A stretch of DNA of 64,000 nt from a virus. Each line of letters opens with the position of its first letter. Position 1 is the first letter of the stretch. Both the position numbers and the translations under genes were made by a program. The stretch lies in IMG/VR virus record IMGVR_UViG_3300013013_000010; one strand, 5' to 3'. Below, piece by piece: positions 51,057 to 60,165 of the stretch. The notes under the pieces are model-generated. The model was given only the letters and a program-made list of their open reading frames with translations, was not told where the DNA came from and ran no database searches.

Positions 51057-51118
51057 GTAGCACCAACCTTCTAGCACCAACCTGAGTGGCCCGTGTGCCC
51101 TGATCCACCCCCACCCGA

Positions 51119-51601
51119 GTGACCCAGGAGCGCTTCGTGTCCGACACCGCCACACTCCCGGCCAGCAACGGCGTGATCGACCTGCCCGACAAGCCGATCT
51201 CCAAGTTCAACCTGCGCGCGCAGATCTTGTCCGCCGACGACGCCAAGTTCGAAGACGTCGAGGTTCCCGAGTGGGGCGACGTCACCGTGCGCGTGGTGTC
51301 GATGTCGGGCAAGGAGCGCGCCCGGATGCTCAAGGCGGCCATGGACGACGACGACCGCGTCGACCTTGAGCGCATGTACCCGCTGGTCATCATCGCCACC
51401 GCCCACGAGCGCACCGAGGCGGTCGACGGGGTCACCGGCGCGACGGTCTACACCACCGGGGCGCGGGTGTTCTCCCCCGAGGACGCCGACGCGCTCAACG
51501 AGCGCAACGGCGCGGCGCTGGAGCGCCTGGCCAACGCCGGGATGCGCCTGTCGGGCCTGCAGGCCCGCAGCCAGGAGGAGGCGGGAAAGCGCTCGTCCTA
51601 G
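51119..51601 (+). CDS. Tail assembly chaperone (gpG-like)
   Basis: V.VPEWG..V.V..MSG.ERA; ends at a GGGAAAG slippery site. Confidence 0.85.
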   Translation: MTQERFVSDTATLPASNGVIDLPDKPISKFNLRAQILSADDAKFEDVEVPEWGDVTVRVVSMSGKERARMLKAAMDDDDRVDLERMYPLVIIATAHERTEAVDGVTGATVYTTGARVFSPEDADALNERNGAALERLANAGMRLSGLQARSQEEAGKRSS

Positions 51602-51789
51602 ACGGGGAGACGCGCTTCTACTTCGAGCTGGCCGAGAAGCTCGGCCGCACCGTCAACCAGCTCCTCACCGAGATGTCCAGCTCCGAGCTGACCTTCTGGG
51701 CCGCGCTGTACGAGCTGCGCGCCAGGGAGGCCGAGGAGCGGGCCAAGAAGGCCAAGTCGCAGCGACGGCCCCGACGCCGGGGCGGATGA
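51583..51789 (+). CDS. -1 frameshift extension of the tail chaperone (gpGT-like)
   Basis: G GGA AAG at 51583-89; -1 frame reads ALVLDGETRFYFELAEKLGRTVNQLLTEMSSSELTFWAALY... to TGA at 51789. Confidence 0.85.
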   Translation, partial: GKALVLDGETRFYFELAEKLGRTVNQLLTEMSSSELTFWAALYELRAREAEERAKKAKSQRRPRRRGG

Positions 51790-51831
51790 ACCCAGTGGCC
51801 CGCGTGCCCCTCCACAGACAGGGGCACGCGG

Positions 51832-54800
51832 GTGGCAGGTCAGCTCACCGTCGCCACCCTCAACGCCCGGCTGCGCGCCGACACCTCCGGGTTCGCCTCG
51901 TCCATGGCCGCCGCCGCCCGCCAGGTCCGCGCCATCGAGGCCGCCGCCCACGCCGCCGCCCCCGCCCTCACCGCCGCCTCGCGCAGCCTGGACGCCGCCT
52001 CAACCTCCGCCGCGCGCAACGCCGCGGCCTGGCGGTCGATGGCCCAGACCGTCAACGCCGCCCTGCGCGCCGTGCTGGCCGGGGCGTCGGCGTTCACCTC
52101 CACCTTCCTGTCCATGGGCGAGCGCACCAACCGCGCCCGCACCGCCCTGCTCAACCTCGCCGAGACCCTGCGCGCCACCCTGGGCCGCGCCTTTGACCAG
52201 GCCCGCCAGCGCGCCGCCGGGTTCGCCACCGCCCTCAGCCTCAACCTGACCACCGCCCGGCGCACCGCCAGCAACGCCCTGTCGGGCCTGGCCGCTGCCG
52301 CCTCCCGCGCCCTGGCGCCGCTGTCGGCCACGGTCACCCGCGCCCTGGCACCGCTGTCGGCCTTCGGCTTGCGGGTGTCCAAGTCCTTCGAGCTGGCCGG
52401 GGTCGCCGCCCGCACCACCTTCGCCCGCTTCGCCCCCGCCGCCTCCTCGGCCACCGCCGCGGTCTCCGGCCTCACCGGCGCGGTCGGCTCCGGCGCCACC
52501 GCCCTGTCCGCCCTGGCCGGGGCCTCCGGCGCCACCGGCGGGACCCTGGGCACCCTGGCCGGGGTCGCGGGCGGCACCGGCGGCGCGCTGTCGCTGCTGG
52601 GCCGCGCCGCCGGGCCGGTCGGCCTGGCCCTGTCCGCGGTCGCCTCCGCCGGGCAGGTGGTCATCGGGGTGATGCGCACCGTCGCCCAGGTCACCGCCGT
52701 CGGCTTCGCCGCCTTCGCCACCGGCGCGGGGCTGGCCGTCACCGCCGGTCTGCGCATGGCCTCCACCCTGGAGCAGGCCCAGATCGGCTTCGCCAACATG
52801 ATGGGCTCCGCCGAACAGGCGAAGGAGTTCATCGGCGAACTGTCCCGCTTCGCCGCGCGCACCCCGTTCAACCTGCCCCAGCTCCTGCAGGGCGCCCGCC
52901 AGCTCCAGGCGCTCGGCTTCGCCGCCGAGGACACCCTGCCCACCCTGGAGGCGGTCGGTGACGTCGTCGCCGGGCTCGCCTTGCCGCAAGACGCAATCTC
53001 GGGAATCGTCGCCCAGCTCGGGAGGATGGGCACCAACGGCCGGGTCGCGGCTGAGGAGATGATGATCCTCACCGACTACGGCATTCCCGCCTGGGATCTG
53101 CTCGCAACAAAGCTCGGCGTCACCGTCCAGGAGGCCCGAAAGCTTTCCGAGCAGGGCAAGATCATGCCGGAGGTGTTCATCTCCGCGTTCACCGCGATGG
53201 AAGGGCCTTTGGAGCGCTTCCGCGGGACGATGGCGGCGCAGGCGAAAACCCTCCAGGGCATGATGAGCACCTTCCAAGACGAGATCGGCATGTCGCTGGC
53301 CGCCATGGCCAAGCCGATCCAGGAAGAACTCACCGCCATCTTCCCCGAGGTCATGAAGCGGGTGAAGGGGCTCATGGCCGGGCTGGAGGAGCCGGTCGCC
53401 GACTTCGCCCGCGCCTTCATGGGCTTCATCCGCGACCTGCTGCCCCAGCTCGCGCCGATGCTGCGGGGCCTGGCGGGCGCGTTCACCTCGATGCTCACCG
53501 ACCTCGGGGAGATCCTGCGCACCCGCGGCGACGACATCGCCCGGCTGTTCGCCGTCCTGGCCGCCGTCGTCGCCGCGGCCGTCAAGTCGATCCCCACCCT
53601 GGTCCGCGCGGCCATGTGGCTCGCCGACGTCATGGTCACCCTCGGCGGCGCGGTCCACGAGCTGGTCGGCGGCTTCCGCGGCTTCATCGCCGCCGCCCGC
53701 CTGGCCGCCGACGCCGTCGGGGACTTCCTCGGCCGCGCCGCGGAGCTGTCCGGGCTGACCGGCTTCGCCGCCGCGCTCGGCCGCGTCATCGGCGGGCTCA
53801 ACGGCTCCGGCGACGCCGCCGACCGTGCCGCGGCGGGCTCCGGGCGGGTCCGCCGCGCCTGGTCCGACGAGGCGCTGGCCGCGTCCATGGCCCAGCGCGA
53901 CATCGCCCTGCTCAACGCCCAGGGCCTCAACGCCGTCACCGTCCAGGACCGCATGTCGGCCTCGGCGCGGACCGCGGGCACCGCGTTCGCCGACGAGGCC
54001 GCGGCCATGCGCACCCTGGGCCAGGCCACCGCCGCGTCCATGGCCCAGATGGCCTCGGTCCAGTCGGCCTACACCACCGCCGTCGCCTCCAACGCCGCCG
54101 CCCTGCAGGCCGCCGGGGACGCCCGCATCGCCCAGCTCCGCGACCAGGCCGACGCCGAGTCCGCCTACTACTCCACCGCGATCGAGGCGGCCCGCGCCGA
54201 AGCCGACGCCCGCGTCGAGGCGATCGCCGACGCGCTGGACGCCGCAGAGGCCGCCGACACCGCCGCCCGGCGCCGCGCCACCGACGCGATCGAGGCCGAG
54301 CAGCGCGCCATCGACGCCTACGCCCGCCAGTCCGACGCCGCCGCCGACGCCGCCGACGCCCAGGTCGCCGCGCTGGAGCGCATCGCCGCCGCCGAACGCG
54401 AGCAGGCCGAGTTCTACGCCCGCGCGCCGGGGCTGCTGCGCTTCACCCGCAAGGCCCGCGAGGAGGCCGCCCAGGCCGCCCAGGCCGAGGCCGACGCCGC
54501 GCAGGCCCGCCAGCGCGCCCAGGAGGAGGCCGCCGCCCGCGCCGAGGAGCTGGAGCGCCGCCGCCTGGCGCTGGAGGAGCGCCGCGAGGCCGCCGCCATC
54601 CAGGCCGAGGCCCGCGACCGCGCCGCCGAGGAGCGCCGCGCCGCCGCCGCCGCCCAGACCGAGGCGATCCAGGAGCAGGCCGCCGCCGCCGCCGACCGCC
54701 TCGCCGCCGCGCAGGAGGCCGCCTCACAGCGCATCTCCGCCGCCATCGACGCCCAGACCGCCGCCACCCGCGCCCAGGTCGACGCCGCCACCGCCTCGGC

Positions 54801-57800
54801 CGCCCAGATCGCCGCGGTGCTGCAGTCCCAGATCGACGAGGCCACCCGGTTCGGCGAGAACATCCACACCATCGCCGACACCTACGGCACCAGCGTCGGG
54901 GAGATGGTCCGCGCCGGGTTCGCCGACACCCCCGAGGTCATCAACACGATGATGCAGGGCGGCGTCGAGGCGTTCCGCCCCATCGCCGAGCAGATGGTCA
55001 CCGCCGCCGACCTCGCCCAGATCCCCGCCGCGTTCACCTCCGAGTACGACACCATCCGCACCGAGACCGACCGGGCGATGCGCGACGTGGAGGACCGGCT
55101 GCGCCAGGGCGGCGTGGCTATGACCCAGACCATGCGCGAGGGCGCCCACGCCGCCGTCGGCGCCCAGGTCCGCGAGCTGAACGCCGGGGTCGGCCAGGTC
55201 GGGGCGATCGCCAACAGCTACGCGCGCACCCTGGCCGACTCCCTCAACCCCGTCCTTGCGGCCGTCGGCGCCCCCCGCATCGACGTGCCCGCCAACCCCA
55301 ACTCCACCGTCGGCGGGCCCACCGCCTACGCCGAGGGCGGCATCCGCGGGCGCCTGCCCTCATCCGCGGTCATCCAGCCGCCCACCTCCGGGCTGGTCCA
55401 GTGGGCCGAGCCTGAGACCCGCGGCGAGGCGTTCATCCCCTTGGCCCCCTCCAAGCGCGCCCGCTCGGTGTCGATCTGGGCCGAGACCGGTCGCCGCCTG
55501 GGCGTCCCCGGCTTCGCCGAGGGGGGCTTTCGCGGCATGCCCGGCCAGGGCTACGCCGTCGGCTCCAGCGCCCCGCTGCCCGCCGCCCTGGCCGACACCA
55601 CCACCATCCCCGGGCTGACGGCCCACGCCCGCGCCATCGGCGCCCGGGTCACCTCCGCCTACCGGCGCGGGTCCACCACCTACCACGGCCGCGGCCAAGC
55701 CGTGGACCTGTCCGGCGGGCCCGGGTTCATGGGCATCTGGGAGCACTTCTGGCGGATCGGCTCCCTGCTCAAGGAGCTGTTCTACACCGGCGCGCCCAAG
55801 TGGATCGCAGGCGGCCGGGTCGTGGACCCCTACCCGGGGCGCATCTGGAACACCCACAAGGACCACGTCCACGTCGCCACCACCGTCGCCGACCTCGGCT
55901 CGGGCCAGGTGCTCATGGACGGCGTCACCCCGACCATCACCCTGCCCGCACCCCCCGACATCCAGCGCAGCGGCGCGGTCGCCGCCGCCGCCGAGGGGAT
56001 GATGCGCGCCGCCTATGACCGCGCCAACGCCTACGTCGCCGCCCACCGCGTCGCCAACGGCCTGGACGTCGCCGCGGTCGAGGGCGACGTGCCCAGCGAG
56101 TACAAGGAGCTGGTCCGCGCCGCCGCCCAGGCCAACTCGGTCCGCCCACCGCTGCTGGCCGGGCTGATCCGCGCCGAGTCCGGTTGGCGCCAGTCCGCCC
56201 GCTCCCCCGCCGGTGCGATCGGGCTCACCCAGCTTTTGCCCGGCACCGCCCGCGAGATGGGCGTGGACCCCACCAACCCGGTGGACAACATCCGCGGCGG
56301 CGCCCGCTATCTGGGCATCCAGCAGCGCACCTTCGGCTCCGAGCCGCTGGCCCTGGCCGCCTACAACGCCGGTCCCGGCGCGGTCAACCGCTACGACGGC
56401 ATCCCCCCCTACGAGCAGACCCAGCGCTACGTCCCCAAGGTCCTGGGCTACGCCGCCGGGTACGCCGACGACTTCGCCGCCATGCTCACCGGCGGCATCC
56501 TGTCCGCCGTCCCCCACCTGGCCAAGGGCGGCATCGCCGTGCGCCCCACCCTGTCGCTGATCGGCGAGGCCGGACCCGAGGCGGTCATCCCCCTGGCCCG
56601 CGGCGGCGTCCGCACCGCCGTGCGCACCGGCCCCGCCGCCCGCGCAATCCCCGAGCCCGCCACCGCCCTGCCCGCCCGGCTCGGCGAGATGCTGTCCTTC
56701 GCCACCGCCGCGGAGGGCAACCTGGAAGCCCTCGACGCCCAGCTCGCCGCGGTCACCGCCACCCTGGAGTACGAGAACGCCCAGATCGCCCAGACCATCG
56801 CGCGCCAGGACCTCACCACCCTGGAGGCCGAGTACGCCGCGCTGCCCGGCCAGATCGCCAAGGCCAACGCCGAGCTGGCCAAGGCCAAGGCCATGGACGC
56901 CAAGGTCACCGCCGAGGAGTGGCTGGACATCTACGGCGCCCAGGACGCCATCGGCGACATCTCCCGGCGCATCTCTGACCTCAAGGTCCGCCAGCCCCTC
57001 GCCGACTCCCTCCAGCTCATCGAGGCCCGCGCCCAGCTCGCCGAGGTGGGCTCTGAGCTGCGCGAACTCCAGTCCGCCGGGGTCGGCGGCATGACCAAGC
57101 AGGGCGAACTCGACGCGGTCAACGCCCGCATCCGCGCCGACGAGGCCCGCCAGTCCTACTCCGACCTGCTCGCCAAGTTCAACGCGCCCGCCTCCGCCCC
57201 CACCATCGAGGAGCGCCTCCAGCTCATCGATGGCTCCCGGCGCATCGACGCCCTGCGCCGCGAGTACGCCGACCTGTCCGCCGCGATCGCCTCCGGCGGC
57301 GGCTACACCCTGGACGCCCAGCTCGGCATCCTCCAGGCCCAGGACCGCATCGCCAGCCTGCGCACCGAGATCGACAAGCTGCGCAACCCGGCCGCAGACC
57401 GCTCGGCCATCGACGCCGACGCCGCCCGCGCCGAGATCGCCGTCATCTCCAAGGAACTCGCCCGCGCCCGGGCGGTCGCCGCCGCCACCGTGGTCAACCG
57501 GCCCGAGGCCGACCTGGCCGTCGCCCAGGCCCGCCAGCGCCTCGCCGACGCCCAGGGGCGCCTGGCCGAACTCACCTCCCCGGCCGCGGACGCCTCCCGC
57601 CAGCTCGCCCAGCGCCAGCTCGAACTGGCCATCGCCGAACGCGACCTGGGCCGCCAGCGCTCCGACGAGCTGGTCACCGCCGCGGACCTGACCACCAAGC
57701 AGATGGAGATCGCCGCCGCCACCACCGCCCAGACCGCCGTGCGCGAGCAGTCCAAGGTCACCACCGACCAGCTCCGCGCCGCAGAGCTTGAGTGGCAGCT

Positions 57801-58950
57801 CGCCGTGCAGGCGTCCACCACCGCCGAGCGCGCCGCGATCGTCACCGAGTCCCAGCTCATGGCCAAGCGCATCGAGCACCAACAGGCCATGCACGCCGTC
57901 GATGACGCGCTGGCCCTGCGCGGCCAGCGCCAGCACGAGCTGCTGCGCGCCACCCTGGAGCTGTCGGTCGCCCAGGACCGGCTCACCCAGGCCAACCTCG
58001 ACGCCCGCGCGCCGGGCGAGGCGACCGCCGCGGCCACCGACAAGCTCAACGCCTTGCTCGACCGCCAGGGCGAGCTGGAGCGCGACGTCCTCGACGCCCG
58101 CCGCGGGGTCATCCAGGCCAACATCGCCGCGGTCGGCTCGGTCCGCGGGCTGATCGACGCCTCCCTCGGCCTGATCGGGCTGGAGGGCCAGCAGGTCAAG
58201 TTCTTCGAGCAGATCGCCTACGCCGCCGGGCTGAGCCACCGCGAGGTCAGCAAGCTGCACGGCGCCATGGCCCAGGTCGCCAACACCTCGGCCGCCGCGG
58301 GGATCAGCTACGGCGTGCCGCCCAACGCGCCCGCGGGCACCCCCGCCTCGGTCCACACCGGCAACCTGCGCGGTGTCCGCGTCGTCCAGGACAACCTCGG
58401 CAAGCGCTTCCTGGTCAACTTCGACGCCAAGCTGCGCTGGCCGATCACCGGCGACGGGCAGTGGACCGGCCTGCAGCGTCTCTACGGCGCCCCCGCCTAC
58501 GGCGCCTACTTGACCGGCTTCCGCCAGGGCTCCCAGGCGCTGGACAAGTTCGGCGGCCCCGGCGGCATCGAGCGGGTCATCGCCCGCCGCCAGCCGCGCC
58601 CGGACCTGTCGCGGCTGGCCCGCGGCGCGGTGTTCCGCCGCCCCACGATCATGGGCGGCTTCCAGCTCGCAGAGCGCCCCTCCGCCCAGCCCGAACTCGT
58701 CACGCCCGTGTCGCTCATGCAGGCCACCCTGTACGACGCGCTGTATGAGGTCGCCAACCGCCGCGCGCCGCTGCCCGGCGGCCACGGCGACCGCATGCCG
58801 CCCGGCGGCGGCGCCGGGGGCGTGCACGTCGCCGAACTCCACGTGCACTTCGACGGCAACGGCTTTGACCTCACCTCCGCCGCGGACCGGCGCCGCGCCG
58901 CGCTCATGCTCCGCGGCCAGCTCGTTGCCCTGGAACGGGAGCGCCGCTAG
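51832..58950 (+). CDS. Tape measure protein with M15-like peptidase and lytic transglycosylase domains
   Basis: Tape-measure N-domain (A..TPF....L...A.QL...G); VTS.YR....YHG.G.AVD...H.DHVH; LI.AESG....A.SPAGAIGL.QL.P.TA...ALAAYNAG. Confidence 0.95.
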   Translation: MAGQLTVATLNARLRADTSGFASSMAAAARQVRAIEAAAHAAAPALTAASRSLDAASTSAARNAAAWRSMAQTVNAALRAVLAGASAFTSTFLSMGERTNRARTALLNLAETLRATLGRAFDQARQRAAGFATALSLNLTTARRTASNALSGLAAAASRALAPLSATVTRALAPLSAFGLRVSKSFELAGVAARTTFARFAPAASSATAAVSGLTGAVGSGATALSALAGASGATGGTLGTLAGVAGGTGGALSLLGRAAGPVGLALSAVASAGQVVIGVMRTVAQVTAVGFAAFATGAGLAVTAGLRMASTLEQAQIGFANMMGSAEQAKEFIGELSRFAARTPFNLPQLLQGARQLQALGFAAEDTLPTLEAVGDVVAGLALPQDAISGIVAQLGRMGTNGRVAAEEMMILTDYGIPAWDLLATKLGVTVQEARKLSEQGKIMPEVFISAFTAMEGPLERFRGTMAAQAKTLQGMMSTFQDEIGMSLAAMAKPIQEELTAIFPEVMKRVKGLMAGLEEPVADFARAFMGFIRDLLPQLAPMLRGLAGAFTSMLTDLGEILRTRGDDIARLFAVLAAVVAAAVKSIPTLVRAAMWLADVMVTLGGAVHELVGGFRGFIAAARLAADAVGDFLGRAAELSGLTGFAAALGRVIGGLNGSGDAADRAAAGSGRVRRAWSDEALAASMAQRDIALLNAQGLNAVTVQDRMSASARTAGTAFADEAAAMRTLGQATAASMAQMASVQSAYTTAVASNAAALQAAGDARIAQLRDQADAESAYYSTAIEAARAEADARVEAIADALDAAEAADTAARRRATDAIEAEQRAIDAYARQSDAAADAADAQVAALERIAAAEREQAEFYARAPGLLRFTRKAREEAAQAAQAEADAAQARQRAQEEAAARAEELERRRLALEERREAAAIQAEARDRAAEERRAAAAAQTEAIQEQAAAAADRLAAAQEAASQRISAAIDAQTAATRAQVDAATASAAQIAAVLQSQIDEATRFGENIHTIADTYGTSVGEMVRAGFADTPEVINTMMQGGVEAFRPIAEQMVTAADLAQIPAAFTSEYDTIRTETDRAMRDVEDRLRQGGVAMTQTMREGAHAAVGAQVRELNAGVGQVGAIANSYARTLADSLNPVLAAVGAPRIDVPANPNSTVGGPTAYAEGGIRGRLPSSAVIQPPTSGLVQWAEPETRGEAFIPLAPSKRARSVSIWAETGRRLGVPGFAEGGFRGMPGQGYAVGSSAPLPAALADTTTIPGLTAHARAIGARVTSAYRRGSTTYHGRGQAVDLSGGPGFMGIWEHFWRIGSLLKELFYTGAPKWIAGGRVVDPYPGRIWNTHKDHVHVATTVADLGSGQVLMDGVTPTITLPAPPDIQRSGAVAAAAEGMMRAAYDRANAYVAAHRVANGLDVAAVEGDVPSEYKELVRAAAQANSVRPPLLAGLIRAESGWRQSARSPAGAIGLTQLLPGTAREMGVDPTNPVDNIRGGARYLGIQQRTFGSEPLALAAYNAGPGAVNRYDGIPPYEQTQRYVPKVLGYAAGYADDFAAMLTGGILSAVPHLAKGGIAVRPTLSLIGEAGPEAVIPLARGGVRTAVRTGPAARAIPEPATALPARLGEMLSFATAAEGNLEALDAQLAAVTATLEYENAQIAQTIARQDLTTLEAEYAALPGQIAKANAELAKAKAMDAKVTAEEWLDIYGAQDAIGDISRRISDLKVRQPLADSLQLIEARAQLAEVGSELRELQSAGVGGMTKQGELDAVNARIRADEARQSYSDLLAKFNAPASAPTIEERLQLIDGSRRIDALRREYADLSAAIASGGGYTLDAQLGILQAQDRIASLRTEIDKLRNPAADRSAIDADAARAEIAVISKELARARAVAAATVVNRPEADLAVAQARQRLADAQGRLAELTSPAADASRQLAQRQLELAIAERDLGRQRSDELVTAADLTTKQMEIAAATTAQTAVREQSKVTTDQLRAAELEWQLAVQASTTAERAAIVTESQLMAKRIEHQQAMHAVDDALALRGQRQHELLRATLELSVAQDRLTQANLDARAPGEATAAATDKLNALLDRQGELERDVLDARRGVIQANIAAVGSVRGLIDASLGLIGLEGQQVKFFEQIAYAAGLSHREVSKLHGAMAQVANTSAAAGISYGVPPNAPAGTPASVHTGNLRGVRVVQDNLGKRFLVNFDAKLRWPITGDGQWTGLQRLYGAPAYGAYLTGFRQGSQALDKFGGPGGIERVIARRQPRPDLSRLARGAVFRRPTIMGGFQLAERPSAQPELVTPVSLMQATLYDALYEVANRRAPLPGGHGDRMPPGGGAGGVHVAELHVHFDGNGFDLTSAADRRRAALMLRGQLVALERERR

Positions 58951-60165
58951 ATGAGCCTCACCCTGGGCCCGCTGGGCATCGACGACCCGTCCGCCGCCGC
59001 GTTTGACTCCGGCGACGACGGCTGGACCGTCCAGCTCACCGGCACCGTCGCCTCCCCCGAGCTGGCCGGGTCCTCCACCGCCGACCGCATCGCCCGCGCC
59101 CACCGCCGCCGCGAGGACCTGCTGTCCATGCGTGGCACCGTCCAGCCGCTGACCTGGACCGACGACACCTCCCACAACGGGCTGTGGTCCATCGACGCGG
59201 TCTCAGCCGACCTTGAGACTCTCACCGCCCGCACCGTGCTGTACCGGTGGTCGGCGACGCTGACCCGCCGGTCGGGCTGGGCCAACATCGAGGTCGAGTC
59301 GCGCCTGTCCGGCGTCGGCGCGGCCAACGACCACGGCGCCACCCCCGAGCGCTGGCACGCCCCCCCGCCCGCCCACCAGGGCTACTACACCGGCGCCACC
59401 CACCCCGCCTCCATCGTCCGCCAGGCCCAGGGCTTTGACCTGCGCGTCTACCGCGACGTGCCCGCCGCCGATCCGCTGTGGCTGCTGCCCGAGGCCGTCC
59501 AGCTCGACCAGTGCGCCGCGCGCATCAACGGCGGCACGCCCTACCAGGCGATCGTGGGCACGGCAGTCCCGCCCTTCGGCGCCGCCGTGGCGCAGAACAA
59601 CAAGCTGTTCCACGCCTACAAGGACACCGGCTCGTGGATCTTCACCGAGGCGTGGATCGGCGGCGGCGGCTACTACTCCGGCCAGGGCTTCACGGTCCGC
59701 CTGGACGGCGTCACCGTCGGCAACTGGGACCCCATCGCCATCCTGCGCAACGACCCCGAGCAGACCGCCGTGCGCTACGCCGCCCGCGGCCTGACCCGCC
59801 TGACGCTGGACCTGACCCTCACCCGCGGCGCCCGCTTCGTCGCCGGGTACCTGCGCACCCACGCCGCCGCCACCCTGGCCGTCGGCCGCGAGTCCGCCGA
59901 CCCGGCCGTCGCCCCCGCCGCCGGGGTGATCATGCGCGACACCGCCCTGGCCGCCGGGGAGCGCTGGGTGCTCGGCTCGGCGCGCAGCTTCACCGCCGAC
60001 CTGCCCAACGGCGTGATCTCGCGCGCCAGCACCGTGGACCTGGACTTCTTCATCGGCCACGAGGTCCCCACCAGCGGCGTCGTCCAGCCCGGCGACACCG
60101 CCGCGGACCTGCTCGACCAGTACCTGGGCACCCCCGCCGTCCGCGACGCGGTGGTCCGCCGGTGA
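58951..60165 (+). CDS. Distal tail/baseplate protein
   Basis: Directly after the TMP; beta-rich; synteny. Confidence 0.7.
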   Translation: MSLTLGPLGIDDPSAAAFDSGDDGWTVQLTGTVASPELAGSSTADRIARAHRRREDLLSMRGTVQPLTWTDDTSHNGLWSIDAVSADLETLTARTVLYRWSATLTRRSGWANIEVESRLSGVGAANDHGATPERWHAPPPAHQGYYTGATHPASIVRQAQGFDLRVYRDVPAADPLWLLPEAVQLDQCAARINGGTPYQAIVGTAVPPFGAAVAQNNKLFHAYKDTGSWIFTEAWIGGGGYYSGQGFTVRLDGVTVGNWDPIAILRNDPEQTAVRYAARGLTRLTLDLTLTRGARFVAGYLRTHAAATLAVGRESADPAVAPAAGVIMRDTALAAGERWVLGSARSFTADLPNGVISRASTVDLDFFIGHEVPTSGVVQPGDTAADLLDQYLGTPAVRDAVVRR

